Assembly (NCBI GenBank): GCA_001687465.1
Contig: LVLI01000079.1
Location: forward strand, 1 to 64,000
Reading direction: 5' to 3'
DNA length: 64,000 nucleotides
Source: Halocafeteria seosinensis
Taxonomy: Eukaryota
A model generated the notes under the pieces. It searched no databases. It was given only the letters and a program-made list of their open reading frames with translations, and had not been told where the DNA came from. Positions 45,793-58,700 of this stretch are shown piece by piece (positions within the stretch are counted from its first letter, which is position 1; every line of letters begins with the position of its first letter). The position numbers were made by a program, and so were the translations under genes.

Positions 45793-48719
45793 ATGGCGGC
45801 AACCACACCCTCTTCGTCGCATTCACAGAGACTTACGGACGAGAAGGCCGTAGTGGTGGTGTTTGCAGCGTTTGGGACTCTCGGAGATGTTCTCCCTTTG
45901 GCGCGGTTAGCGGTGCGATTGACCGCAAAACAGGAGGCCCTTAACATCTATTTTGCAGCCCCGGCAGCATTACAGGTACGTGGGCGGGGTCCTGAGCTGG
46001 CTAATGGTTAAATTATGTCGTAATGATGGAGGAGTGACTGTGTGCAGGAGACGGTTTGGACAGCTTTGGAATTCGACTGCCACTTAGGAGGCCACCCTTC
46101 ACCCAACCGGCTGTCGTGGGTATGGATCAATATTCCAACCATCGTGTCGCGGACAGAGGCTACAGACGAAGACACTGCAGTGTTTGAATCGTAAGTGTTC
46201 CAACAAAAGTAAAAGCCCGAATTGATGGCGTATAAATTCTCGGTGGAATTGGACGGATGCAGACTTTACTATCGGAAGGCTGAGTTCCATAAGCTGGAAT
46301 CAACTATTTCACGGAATCGCCCAGCTTTGGTTGTATTCAACCTCTTCTGCCTGGAGGCATGGCATTTGGCTTTTGCCGTCGGTTGCAAGGCAGTGGCATG
46401 TCATCCCTACTTGATTCCACAGCATCCTTCCGAGGACGAACGGACGCAGCTACTACAACGGAGCCCGCAAATATGTGCCTCCTTGACGCGGAATATAGCG
46501 GGCTGTTTGACGCTTTCTGAGTTCGATTTTTGGGCTTGGCCTCTGTTGAACGTTGCGAGATGGAAAACAATGTGGCTAGAGTACCTGAAACCGAAATTTG
46601 GCAGGAGCCCACCTTGGCACTTCTACGCCTTACCATCCACGACGTTATTGATATGTGGTGAGTTCGGCGCATTGACAACCCTTCTTCTGCATGATTATAT
46701 AGTTCGTTTTGTCTCGCTTACAGGAGATCCTCATCTAACCCGTAGGGAAGAGCACTGGCCTTCCTCAGTGAGAATACTACCGTTCCCAAACCTATATGAG
46801 GAAGACACAAAGGAAACTGTGTATATGCTCTCTGATACTAAAGGAGACATATCGCAACAACCTATTTGTGTTTCTTTCGGCGCATCGGCCAAGAGTTTAA
46901 GCGATGATGAACTCCTGTACCGCCTGATTCTAGTAGCAGTCGCTCTGCATGAACTCGATCTCTGGGCGTTTTGGTTATGCGACACCGATTCGCATGAATT
47001 CAACGTATGGAAGTCGTGCTTATGTTACACCGCCATCGCTGGTTTCCTCTCCCATGACTTTTGCAACAGCTGCATAGATGGATACCACCAGCGCCCGGAG
47101 GATCTTTTGGGGTTCTTATCTTCTTTAGCGTCAATGCGAGAAAGGATCATGGAGACATCCATGTCTTTCAATTTGTCAGAGAATCTTTCTAAGAAGCCAG
47201 TCGGTCTTCTGTTGCTTGAACGTATCGTTCCAGTCCCCTTCTATTTGCCCCTTGAAAAGCTGCTACCACAATGTAGTTTGCTGATGCATCACGGTGGAAG
47301 CGGAACGAGTATTACTGCCGCCGCAATGGGAACAAAGCAGATTATTATACCCTCCTTCTTTGATCAATATTGGTGGGGAGAGCGGCTGGAGAATCTTGGT
47401 GTAGCCCTCCAGGTACCTTACAATACCATAGAGAGCAATCCTAATATTGCTCAAATCGACGTAGGTTCGGTGTTGTTGCCTTTTCAACTCTCGTGCATTA
47501 GGAATCAGTCGAGGAAACTTTCCACGATTATGTCTAAGGCCCTGGAGAGCGACAGTGACAAGTATAATGAGCTTCAGGATATTTTGGGGAAGAACACTGG
47601 ACAGACCACGGTTTCGGAACTGTATGAACTCTTGTCTACGTCTCGAGATTCTAGCGAGACCGCAGAATGTTGGGGGTTGGCATTACCAGTCAAGCCGAGA
47701 ACGACTGTTTGTTGTTGCACCGGCGACGCATGTAACGCTCAGTACCAAAGTAGCAGAGCGGAATCAACGATGAAAAGAATGTTATCGCTATCCTCCACCT
47801 GCTCATTGTGTAACTCCGCTCATGTCTGTTCGATGGATGGCAAGAGAGAAACTGGCGAAATCATGGAAGAAGTATTTGTGGATAGCGTCTATTACCCCGA
47901 AGAAATTGAGGACTTGCAGCTATTCACAAAGTCCTCCCTTAATGTTCTCGATATCGGGAGTAATATTGGTGTATTTATCAGCTGGGTCAACGCGAGGAGA
48001 CCCGAGAATTCTCGTACGCAGTATGTAGCTGTAGAACCTGTGGAAGACAACTTCCAATATCTGCGAGCCAATATGTACCTGCGTGGAATTTCTGCCACAA
48101 CTGTGGACACTCAGTCTCTCCAGGTAGCGGAACAGAATACTTGTGCATATTTGTACAACGCTCTAGCCTGGCAGGACGATGACGGGGATCAAACTATACG
48201 CCACTACCTATCGGTGCCAGGTAACTCCACGTGCTTTCCTGAACTGCGAGAAAAGAGCATTGATAGTCATAGCGAAGTGTTCAGGAAGTATCAGGTAAGG
48301 GATGCATAGTCTTGTTACCGTTCTGTATGTTTTATCTTGTATATATATATATGGTATATGTATCTTGCATCATAACACAGGACCTAAAATGTAAAACATT
48401 GACAATCCCCTCTATCTTGGAGATGTTTCATAGGGAACCTGTGGATATTCTCAAGATAGACGTTGAAGGAGCCGAGCTAGCCATATTGAAAGGAATGACG
48501 GGCCGCGATTTCGCCTTGGTAAAATACCTCGTATTGGAGATGCATCCTCCCTGGGAAAATATAAGGGCGACAATTGAATACATCGCTGGACAGGATGTCT
48601 TCGACGAGATCCTTTTAAAGCGCGACGCGCGTTTGTGTTCCCACAGTGTGTCCCTTTCCCTCGACTCAAGGATGTGCGAACAAAGCAATTGGTACTTCTA
48701 TGCATGGATTCAATCCTGA
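45793..48719 (+). CDS. Fusion of a GT1 (sterol-glucosyltransferase-like) glycosyltransferase and an FkbM-family SAM methyltransferase, spliced
   Basis: GT N-terminus AAFGTLGDVLPL; GT C-terminus HHGGSGT...IIPSFFDQYWWG; then, in the same ORF, VLDIGSNIGVF and VAVEPV; final exon VDILKIDVEGAE. Confidence 0.85.
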
Positions 48720-48737
48720 AAGAGAAATACAGTTTGT

Positions 48738-49347
48738 TCAATCTTCGGCTTCAGCCGATGGGAAGACGTTCTCACTGATCAATCCAGCTAACTCGGGGCC
48801 ATTGGCGCCATGTACCTTCCCTATCACAACATTATGCTGCAAGGTCAATACATAAGAATCTTCGAGAGGAGGGACAGTCCAGTGGAAATGGGAAGATGTT
48901 CACACCAACCTTGAAAACAACCAACATTGGCTTACAGCCTTCAGGAACTGGAGGCAGTTGCTCCCGTAAACTGTCAGAGATCTTAGACTTGGGAAGCTGC
49001 ACCAATTAACACAGAACTTCTGAGATCAGCGCTCTTCACCATATGTATGGTACTTGCACTTACTGCAAATAGTTTTACTCTGGACTCGAAATCGTCTAAA
49101 TCAATTAACAGTCGGTTGTACGTGGGATCCATGACTGAGCAATATCCACACCAGTCCTCAAAAATATCCACCACTGTATTCACTCAATACCCATACGGCT
49201 AACCAAGAGGTGTATTTCCGTAAAGAGGGTAGTCAGAAGCAAAGCCATCTTACCGATGAGCATCTGATCGCTCTTGTCGATCCATTGTTGGAGTTCATCC
49301 ACCGAGTCCAATTCCGTCACAAGCTTTTTGAGAGCGCGCGGAGGCAT
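48738..49347 (-). CDS. Thioredoxin-like protein resembling outer-arm dynein light chains / the NME8-9 Trx domain, spliced
   Basis: VVDIFEDWCGYC active site, GCKPMLVVFK, GKVHGANGPEL. ATG at 49347, TGA at 48740-48738. Confidence 0.78.
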
Positions 49348-49636
49348 CTTTTCCCGTCTTTTTCAGTGCTCAGAAGAAATACCTCAAAGGAGCAGATAAT
49401 CCAGCAGCTAAATAGCGTGCCACAGCGTGTAGGTTGACGTCGATAGAGTTTCAATACACACACTTGTCAGTCCTCATCATAAACCAATCCGTTAATTCGT
49501 TCCTCAAGTCGCCGCAAAGTTTGTTGCTTTGAGAACCTGTAACTTCACAGGATGTTTAAAGACCACACACCCCCCCCCCAGTATTGGCCTTTGGATTCAC
49601 CGTTGCTAATTTTTTAGGGCCGAATCCACAACCGCA

Positions 49637-50531
49637 ATGGGGTCTTTGATACTACCGGTTCTGGTGGGGATCCTCCTCACGACCCCGTACATGTACATCG
49701 TAATAACAGGACACCAATTCATCAATATCCTTGGATCGGCGTTCTTGAAGGCCGTCCCGATTCTCTGGCTGGCATCCGCATGTTATGCTCTACAGACGAC
49801 GATCACGGCCAGCAAAAGGAACGAAGGCCAGAATAAGGAGACCACAGAGGGAAGTAAGAAATCATATGCTAAGAATATTGCTATTGGACTCGTCTTCTCT
49901 GCGTTTGGCGATGCAAGTCTGGTACGACCCTACCCAAAGATTTCCTTCGGCTGATGGCTGCCACAGCATGACATTCAATGATTTACCATTGCAGGAATTA
50001 GCGGGCAACAATGAGACTATCTTTGTTGGAGGATTGGCCTCATTTCTCGTGGCGCATCTCTTCTATAGTCGTGCATTTATGATTCCCAACTGGAGCGTCA
50101 ACTTTAGATTCCTTGCTGGTGTCGGTACATGTAAGGATTGACGGTCAAGGCTGTCACAGGTTTGCTATGCGACACTTCCTTTTCCTTCTGCTGTTTTCCA
50201 TGTCGCAGATATGCTCATAGTTCTCTACCATATTATACCCACTGTGGAGCAAAATCTCGTGGGGCCAGTGGCGGTCTACGGTTGCGTTATTGGGATCATG
50301 CTTCACAACTCGATGGTGCGTACTGCCTCAAGCGCAACTTACTTCTTTTCCTTAGCAGGCGCAACAGTGTTCACCATCTCGGATACTATTCTCTCGTTTG
50401 ACAAATTCGCTATGCCCGGGAAGATCCCTAATGCTCACCTCATTGTGATGGTCACCTACTACATCGCCCAAATTCTGATAACTTTGAGCGTCAGTGGACC
50501 AGTAATTATTGCTACCAAAAAGGGCAAATAA
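49637..50531 (+). CDS. YhhN/TMEM86 family membrane protein (lysoplasmalogenase-like), spliced
   Basis: LKAVPI, GLVFSAFGDASL, FVGGLASFLVAHLFY, FTISDTIL, VMVTYYIAQILI; multiple hydrophobic helices. Confidence 0.9.
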
Positions 50532-50607
50532 AACGGAAGCAAGAAATCCAAATACGATATCTATGTGTATTTTGATTATGATTTCAGGCAGTAAGCATTT
50601 TTAGTAC

Positions 50608-53023
50608 TTAGTAATAACCTTGCTGCTGCCGCTGTTGTTTCTCTTCTTCCGAGGTGATCTTTATATGATCATCAATGCGGAGGATGCTGATTGCTGCTTC
50701 TGTAGCGAACCTAAGACTCTTCACTTTACTCATAGTAGGCTCAACGACACCCTGCTCCATATTATCGACGATCTTCCCCTGCACAAGGTCCAGTCCGTAA
50801 AAGCGGTACTGCTCCTTTCCTTCTTTGTGCTGTGCTGTATTATGATATGCCTGCAGCTGCGATACCAACTCAGTGGCGTCCTTCGCTGCATTCATTGCCA
50901 ATGTCTTCGGGATAACCAGCAGAGCTTCTGCAAACTCCTTGATTGCCAGCTGCTCTCTAGTTCCAAGGGTCGTGGCAAAATTTTCTAGGTATATCGACAG
51001 GGCGGCTTCCACGGAACCACCTCCTGCTACAAGACTCTTGCTTTCGATCACTCTCTTCACAACACACAGCACATCGTGAATAGATCGATCCATTTCGTCA
51101 AGCATAAATTCGTTGGCACCACGCAAGACGATACTTGCTGCGCGTTCGCTACTGCAACCACGGATGAAGATCAGTTCTCCATCTCCCACAGCCTCTTGGC
51201 TGACCTCCTTCGCTGTTCCCAGCTGTGAGGGATCCACTGATTCTTCACCCTCCACATCAGCGAGATTGGGAAGAACTGTCCCACCGGTGGCTGTGGCAAT
51301 CCTGTTAAGATCAGCCTTTTTGCATCGTCGAACACCCATAACGCCAGCCTCCACTAGATACTTCATACAGAAATCATCGATTGCTTTTGTCGTCAGGATC
51401 ACGTTAGCGCCGGCAGCAATAATCTTCTGTATTTTTTCTTTCGTAATGTCCGCTTCACGGTTTCTAATGTCTTCGAGTTTTTCCGGATCATTCACCAGTA
51501 CTTGGATGCCCATTTGCATTCTGTGTTTCTGTAAGTTGAAGTCTAACAGTGCGATTTTCGCATTGTTGACGTGCCTGCAAGTGCATACACAAGACAGTTT
51601 ATAGACATAAAAGACAGCGAAGACACAATGTGACTGACTTACTTGGGCATTTGCTGGGCAGCGCGGGTGCAATTTAGGGCAAATCCGTTAACAAGAATAC
51701 TCTCATGCCCGCTTCGGCCCTGGCTCTTCAGGATGTTGATGGCATTGATGTTGCATTTCGCCTTTCCTTCGCTTTCAGTTTTAATGGAATTGCAAGCATC
51801 CACACAAATATTTGCGAAGTAATCAGCATCACTACCGATCATCTTGGAAGACATAGCAGTCTGCATAGGAGAGAAAGATGTACTACGTCTTCGGGATGTA
51901 ACGAAACCCAAGAGGGATAACACTTACTTTCGCTGCTGAGATAAGAAAACTTCGTTCCATCTTTCCCGACGGCACGATCAAATATTCCTGTACAAGGAGG
52001 TCCCATTTCGATTTCATTTCTACCGACCGGAGTAACCAGAGTGTTCCCTACCTTGATGTACTTAATGGACTCTTTCATGGCTAAGCGGTAGCCCGCCATG
52101 ATGTTCGTTGCATGGATTTTGTTGCGTACAAGGTCATTGGCACGCTGTAAAAGAGTATTTCCAGCATCCTTGAAACGATCAAACTTGAGAACGCTGTAGG
52201 AGCGGGTAGCTTACACGAAGAAGTTCAGCAGCGATAATTACTACCGAAGTGGTACCATCTCCAACTTCCTGATCTTGCATATCAGCTAGTTCTACAAGGA
52301 TCTGTCCAGTGCCAAAAACGTAACGTGGCAACAGAGTAGCAACTTAAGACATCATGAACTGCTACTACATACTTTAGCAGCAGGATGTTCCACTTCCAGT
52401 TGCTTCAAAATTGTAGCTCCGTCGTTAGTAATGGTAACCTCGCCAATATCATCCACCTGATTCAGAAAGGACAAGGAAGTGCTGGTGAATAAAACAATTT
52501 TCCCCAAGTCTAAACCCATCATGGAAGTACACGTACAAGCATCTTATCAAGGCCTACGGGCCCAAGACTGGATTTGACAATATTGGCGATCGCCATGCAA
52601 GCAGTGACTGTAAAGACAACGTAAACGCAATTTTGTCAAGCACTCCAACTCTCAAAACGAGGAGGAGGAGTTATCATGAGCTACATACTGTTCTGTGTGC
52701 GAACATCTTGCCCTGCATATCATGAAAACAAGGTAATGAGCTCACGTATGTATTTCAAATTGAGGTTGGGGACTTTGGAACAACAAAAACAAGCTAGGTT
52801 GCCAGTTGCCCCTTGTCCTCCCCCCTTCGGAAAACTACAAAAACACCAAGGGGCACATGGAGCTGTCCAGGAGCTCAAATTCAAAAATGAGCGCCTTGGA
52901 TTGCTTTCTGACTGATTTCGGGGGACACCTTTTGATTCTCCCTACCAAGAAAATATGAAACATATTCTCTGATTGAACATAGGACATACCTGTTGTACGC
53001 TCTCCGTCAATGGAAAGAGACAT
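50608..53023 (-). CDS. TCP1: T-complex protein 1 subunit alpha (CCT1), spliced
   Basis: [66 protein letters not shown]. Confidence 0.97.
52713..52989 (-). other. Oversized (277-nt) first intron of CCT1 with hairpins; candidate intronic ncRNA or regulatory element
   Basis: GTATGT...TGCAG boundaries restore GERTTG|QDVR. 9-bp stem between 52807-52815 and 52847-52855. Confidence 0.45.
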
Positions 53024-53403
53024 TTTGGTTGGTTGGAGTGCTAAACCCGGGGTCGTTAAGCTTCTGAATCCGACAGGGACTCTCCAATATGCAAACTGTG
53101 CTAAAGATAAGCGTAAAGAGTATGCACTGTTATTTCTGTCTGACCGATCAAACATACAGCGAGATAGTGAGCTAAACGAAGGGGAAATGATTGCCTGTGT
53201 TATCCTGACGAAATGATTGCACTGTCCGAAAGAGTCTGAGACCTTTGGGTACTCATTGTACTACTCAATGAGACCACATGTCCTTGTTACATCTCCTAGG
53301 AGGCTAATTTCGTACACCAGGGAAGACAAGATAGCGGTAATCACCGCTGTGGCAAAGCAAGTGGCAATTAGTCAGCGTGTTTGTTGCCCGGGGGGAAAAG
53401 ACA

Positions 53404-55725
53404 ATGTCTTCACGTAACTCTGATTCGGGGAGACGCCGGGTCTCCGTAGGATTGGACCTTCCAAACCCGATTACTGATCTCCATAATCAAATGGATGATG
53501 CTGCAGGCCATGGTTTTGACTTTTTGTGCTCCTATGTCATACATAACGAGTACAAATCTCACAAGGGAGACGCTGAGGGAACCATAATGGATACCTTCAC
53601 ACACAGGGACCCTGTCTTGAACAATGGCAAATGGGCGCAATGCATCGTAGGGAAGCCAGATTTGTCCCATCTGAAGGAGGAGTTCGGTCGCTCAGAAGCG
53701 GAAACCAAGGGAGTCTTGGAGCGAATGATATCGTTTTGCTCACACTTCAACATTCCGGCGGTCCAAATTCCGTGTCCGACCCATTTGGACTTCGGATTCT
53801 CCCGGATGATGTATTATTTGGCTCATGAGTATCCGGCAGTCCAGATATGGATGCATGTCAAAGTTTCCAACGATAACATCGAACAAGCTGAAACTCTCCA
53901 GAGAAATACCTATTCAGATGCTGTCATCGGTGGTGGACAAGCTGCCCAGCAGCATTCGACTAACCGGTGGATGCATTCTGTGGGATACACTTTAACTAGC
54001 CCGGGCGCTGTGGACACACAACAAGAGGGTATTAAGAGTTGCCGAGCGACGAAATTGACGTGGGATACATGGAATCAACTACGGATGGCATGTGAACACC
54101 ATCCGAACCTGAACTTGTGCCTGGAACTGGGTAAGGAATTACCGGAAGAACGAGAGGTGGAGAAATGGATAGGTGAACCCGTAAAAGCAGCAATCTTGCC
54201 GACAGGCATATTCTTGACAAATAAGCAGGGGTATCCAACTTTGACGAAGCGACATCAAAACTTTGTTAGGAGTCTATACAACCTGGGTATCCAGTTTATC
54301 ATCCGGCCGAAGCACGGGGAGCAAGTGGAGCTTCGACATTATCTTCAGTACATTGCGCATGCCATATCCAAACTTCCCCCAAAAACGGATAAAGATGAGT
54401 TTGAGGAACCATATTATGACGTTCTGCAGGTACGTGTCCTCTGCGCTGTCAGCGGGGTAGCTCAAGGGAAGTGTATGCAAACGTTTCGATTGTGCAGTCT
54501 CCTTTGCAACCACTGAAAGACCATTTGGACTCTTCCACATACGAAGTCTTTGAAACAGATCCAGTAAAATATTCGCAGTACCAGCAAGCGCTTGATAAAG
54601 CTTTAGCTGATACTCCGGCAGTTTCTGAAGTAGTCGTCATGGTGGTTGGTGCGGGAAGAGGACCCCTCGTTCGGTGCTCGCTGCAAGCGGGTCAGAACTC
54701 TAACAGAAAGGTGAAAGTTTACGCAGTGGAGAAAAACCCAAATGCTGTTATAACGTACGTTTGTATTGATGTATTATAGTGTCCGTTGAGTAGATCACAG
54801 CTCCTAAACTCTTGACAGTCTGCGAAACTTACGACGCTTGGAAGGATGGGGCAACAAGGTAGAAATAGTTGAGACAGATATGAGGAACTGGAATGCCCCC
54901 GAACAGGTTAGTAGGCCCTTGTCTTGTATGAATTGTATGTTTAAACTTACTGCAACTCTTTTGGCTACCTCAGGCTGACGTTATTGTTTCAGAGCTGCTC
55001 GGATCTTTTGGCGATAACGAACTGTCACCGGAGTGTTTGGATGGCGCTCAGCGACATCTCAAGTGTAAGCATCCTCATTGTCGATATCCCTAGCACTATT
55101 GCTCACTCTTTCTTTTTCTTTCTTATGTCCAGCAACGGGCATAAGCATACCTACGGCGTACACGTCGTACGTTGCTCCTGTGTTGTCTTCCAAACTGTGG
55201 AATGAAGTTTACACCATCGGACATGAGCGGAAGCACTTTGAAACACCATACGTTTGCAAGCTGTATAACCACTTTCAGATTGCGCATCCGGAGCCTTGTT
55301 TCACCTTTGTGCACCCAAGTGGCAATCACCCATCAAATCCGTGGACACTGCTTTCCTGCTCTGCTGAAGTCTCCAATTCTCAGTGTGTTGATCATACAAA
55401 TCGACGAGGCACCGCATGCAGATTCGTAAGTGACTGCAATGCTGCTGTACACGGTTTTGCTGGGTACTTTGATGCTCAGTTGTATAAGGATGTCTATTTA
55501 AGCATTCATCCAACGACACATTCACCCGAAATGTTCAGTTGGTTCCCTATCTTCATCCCTATCCGGCACCCGTTTACTGTGTCCCGTGGTGACTGCATTG
55601 CATTCCATATTAGCCGTGAGCTTTCTGGAAAAGCAGTATGGTATGAATGGGCAGTAGCCAAAAATGAGGAATTTGTTTGCTCGCTTCATAACCCTGGTGG
55701 AAGAAGCTACAGTATTGCACTATAG
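53404..55725 (+). CDS. PRMT5: Protein arginine N-methyltransferase 5, spliced
   Basis: [76 protein letters not shown]. Confidence 0.97.
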
Positions 55726-55775
55726 TATAAACCCACGACAAATACAGACATCAGTCCGGACAGGGCATGTTCTCT

Positions 55776-58700
55776 TTATCGTCCAGCTGATGCAGCAACT
55801 CGCCGTAAATAGTCAATCTCTTGAACTATATCACCTCGGGCACGGCTACTGTCAGAGGTTTCTTGCTCCTGCTGCGCGCCGTTATGGATGTGCGAACTCG
55901 GTGGACGCGCAGAGCGTGACTCACTGCGATATAGCTTGGCTATTAAATCTTTGAGGGTCTCATTTTCCTTCTCCAGTTCCCTAGAGCGCTGCTCATGTCT
56001 TTTCAACGCTTCAGCTGTCTCTTGCTGTAACCACTGCGTTCCATGTTGAAACCTCCCCGATTCTCGGTCGCTGCGATGCCTTCCCGTCGAAGATTTCGAC
56101 CGACGCGGCTTCGACTGCTTGCCTCTCATGTTCCTGAAGAGTGAGCTACGATTTCTGTCTTCTGACGAAACTTGGAAGCCACGAGTAACTGTCTGCTGCG
56201 TTGGAGATGAAGGGCGCCATGGAGGAGGCGTCTTGTGGGGTGTCAAACGAGAGACTCGGAGACGCCTCGAGGTGGACGGCTGCTCCCATGGCAACGACCG
56301 GCCATGCCCTGTTTCCCTATAATTAGGCTCGCCCCCACTTTGCCTAAGACTACGAGGGCCCTTGTGCGGACTAGACACAGTAGGCAAATCCATTGGAGAA
56401 TTCTCCGAACTATTGGCAGCATCGATGTTCACGCGCAAACGCGTCCGCTTCTGTCCGTTCGCCCCGTTGCGCGAACTGGTATTCTGGCTATGAAATGCAG
56501 TCTGCTTTACATCAACAATGCCCTGAAGTCGCGCGCGCTCCTCTTCGAGCTGAGCAACTGCCTTCTTCAACTGCCGTTCCTTTTCTCCAATGGTATAGAG
56601 AAGTTGCTCGCTCTTCCTCAAGTGCTCTAACTCATCAGTGTAGCCATTCGAATTTGACTCTGCAGTCACCTGAGTATAAAGATGGGTCAGGCAGTTCACT
56701 GCTTCCGCAACCTGTTTTTGAGTGCTTCGTAAGACAAATAGCATCGTTGAAACGCTTCGAGTTGCGTCGCTGTTATCACGTGTTTCCACGCGGGGCTCGC
56801 GACGTCGCTGCGAACAAAATCTTCGAAACGCTCGCTGGATACGCAATGCGGCATTCACTTGAGCATCAACGCTATTAGACGTGTCGCGCTTGCTTGGTTC
56901 CGAACGCAGAAGCCCATCTTGTGAGATGATTTGTTGTCCACTCCGTTCATTGTGTCTCCCACGCGTATTCCTCCAGTTCTGGGCCAACCATCGATCGAGA
57001 GCCTGGCCATATGAAATGTTATACTCTTTTGCAAGCCTTAGAATTTCGGTGGAGAAGACTTCTTCACTCTTGTTTCCAAATCCACCAGTATCTTTAACAT
57101 GGGACCAATCAGTGTCTGATTGTATTGATTGGACATTTTCACGATCAACACCACGGTTTACTCTGTTCCAGAATCGCAGCGCCTCCTCATCAGATAAATT
57201 CTCTGCCTCTGCGGTGTATCTAATCGATTCTGGCAGGACTTGACGATTATTATATGAAAAGTTTATGTCTGTGCTGCTGTCCGTAGTCGTATCATTATGT
57301 AAACTTTGAGAAGGGGAAGCGGTATGGTTTCCGGACTGTTGTCTTCTGCGGAAGGAAGCAGCCAGCGACATCTTAGATATGGTACCACGAGGAGGCGAAA
57401 TTGAAGCACTCGGCGAGTTTTTCTTCTCTTGGTCTTCATATTCCATAGATGTATCTATAGCAAGCCTGGTTTGATCCACTCTCGCGCGCGGCATTCTTGC
57501 TCCCGCAGAGCCGATGTCATCACTAGCATTCTTCGAAGTACGGGCAACCGCTTTTGTATCCGCATCGTCTTGCTTCGAGCCATCGTTTTTATCTGCCTGT
57601 GGAAGATCCTTTGCTTTCAATTGGTTGTTGTCACTTGCAGTGCTTGATTCAGTAACCGAGAACTCTCGAGACACCCTCGGTGAGGCGTGTAGCTTCCCCG
57701 CGGCAGATTGAGGTACCGACGACGAGGAGGACGTCCTTGTACTCGCTTCGTCCGTCGTCCCTACACCAATTGTTGTGCTGTACGCTGGCGTAGAAAGTTG
57801 TTCCTCAGAACTGGACATCGCAGGAGAAGAACTAGTCTTGGAGGAGCTTGCGGAACTGCTAGCAACCTGTTCCGCTTTAGAGTATTCAGTAGTGGACGCA
57901 GAGCCCTGAATACCATCTGTCCCCCGTGCCTCACTAGCATTCGAGGAAGTAGGCTCCTTTGGAGGAGTAGAACTCGTGCCCTTCTCACCTTCCTTGCGTG
58001 GAAAAGCTTGGGTTCCCGATGTGCTTGGCTTGCCGCTTTCGTGAATACTAGAGGTCTTCGCGTGTTTTGATTCAGCACTCGACGACACAGTTTCAGAGTT
58101 TTGTGTAGAGCTCTTGGAGGTTTTAGCATCGGGTTGTTTTCTTGGGATTTCCTCCGACTTCCCAGTCGGGGAGGAACTCGTGGATTCACCAGATGGCTTA
58201 GCAGAGACCTGTCTACTTTCTAACTGAGATGAAACGGCTGTTTGTGATATGGCGCTGCTAGATGTGGTCCTTTCGTTTCCAGAGGACAAAACACCACCGG
58301 AAACACTATCAACGGATTCTGCTGCATTCACCGCTTCCGCACCCGAAGCACGGGGTGTAACCTCCGTAGCATTAGTGAACGTGGAGTCGGTCCCTGTGTC
58401 ATTACTTGACGTTGCTGCGTTCCTTGGCCCAGTTGTCGACGCACTAACTACGGATACGTCACTGGTAGCATCTGTACTTGTCTCTGGACTAGGATCTGCG
58501 TTTGGCACGGACGAAGTCGCATTAGTTGGTCCGGTGGAATTTCCCGGCGATGAAGAGTCCTTTTGGCTGGTGGAGCTTTTGGTCTCGCTGGTACTTGATA
58601 ACACCGTGCCGGCGGATCGAGTAGTGCTCGAGACATTGGCGTTCGATGTAGCGACGCTACTGCCCTTCGATACTGTGGGCCTCGTTGAATGGCCGCTCGA

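Noticed and set aside
52730..52790. RNase MRP-like words in the CCT1 intron (aaagtcccc; atacgtgagctcatt)
   Set aside because: The two segments are only ~20 nt apart and cannot form the P4 helix.
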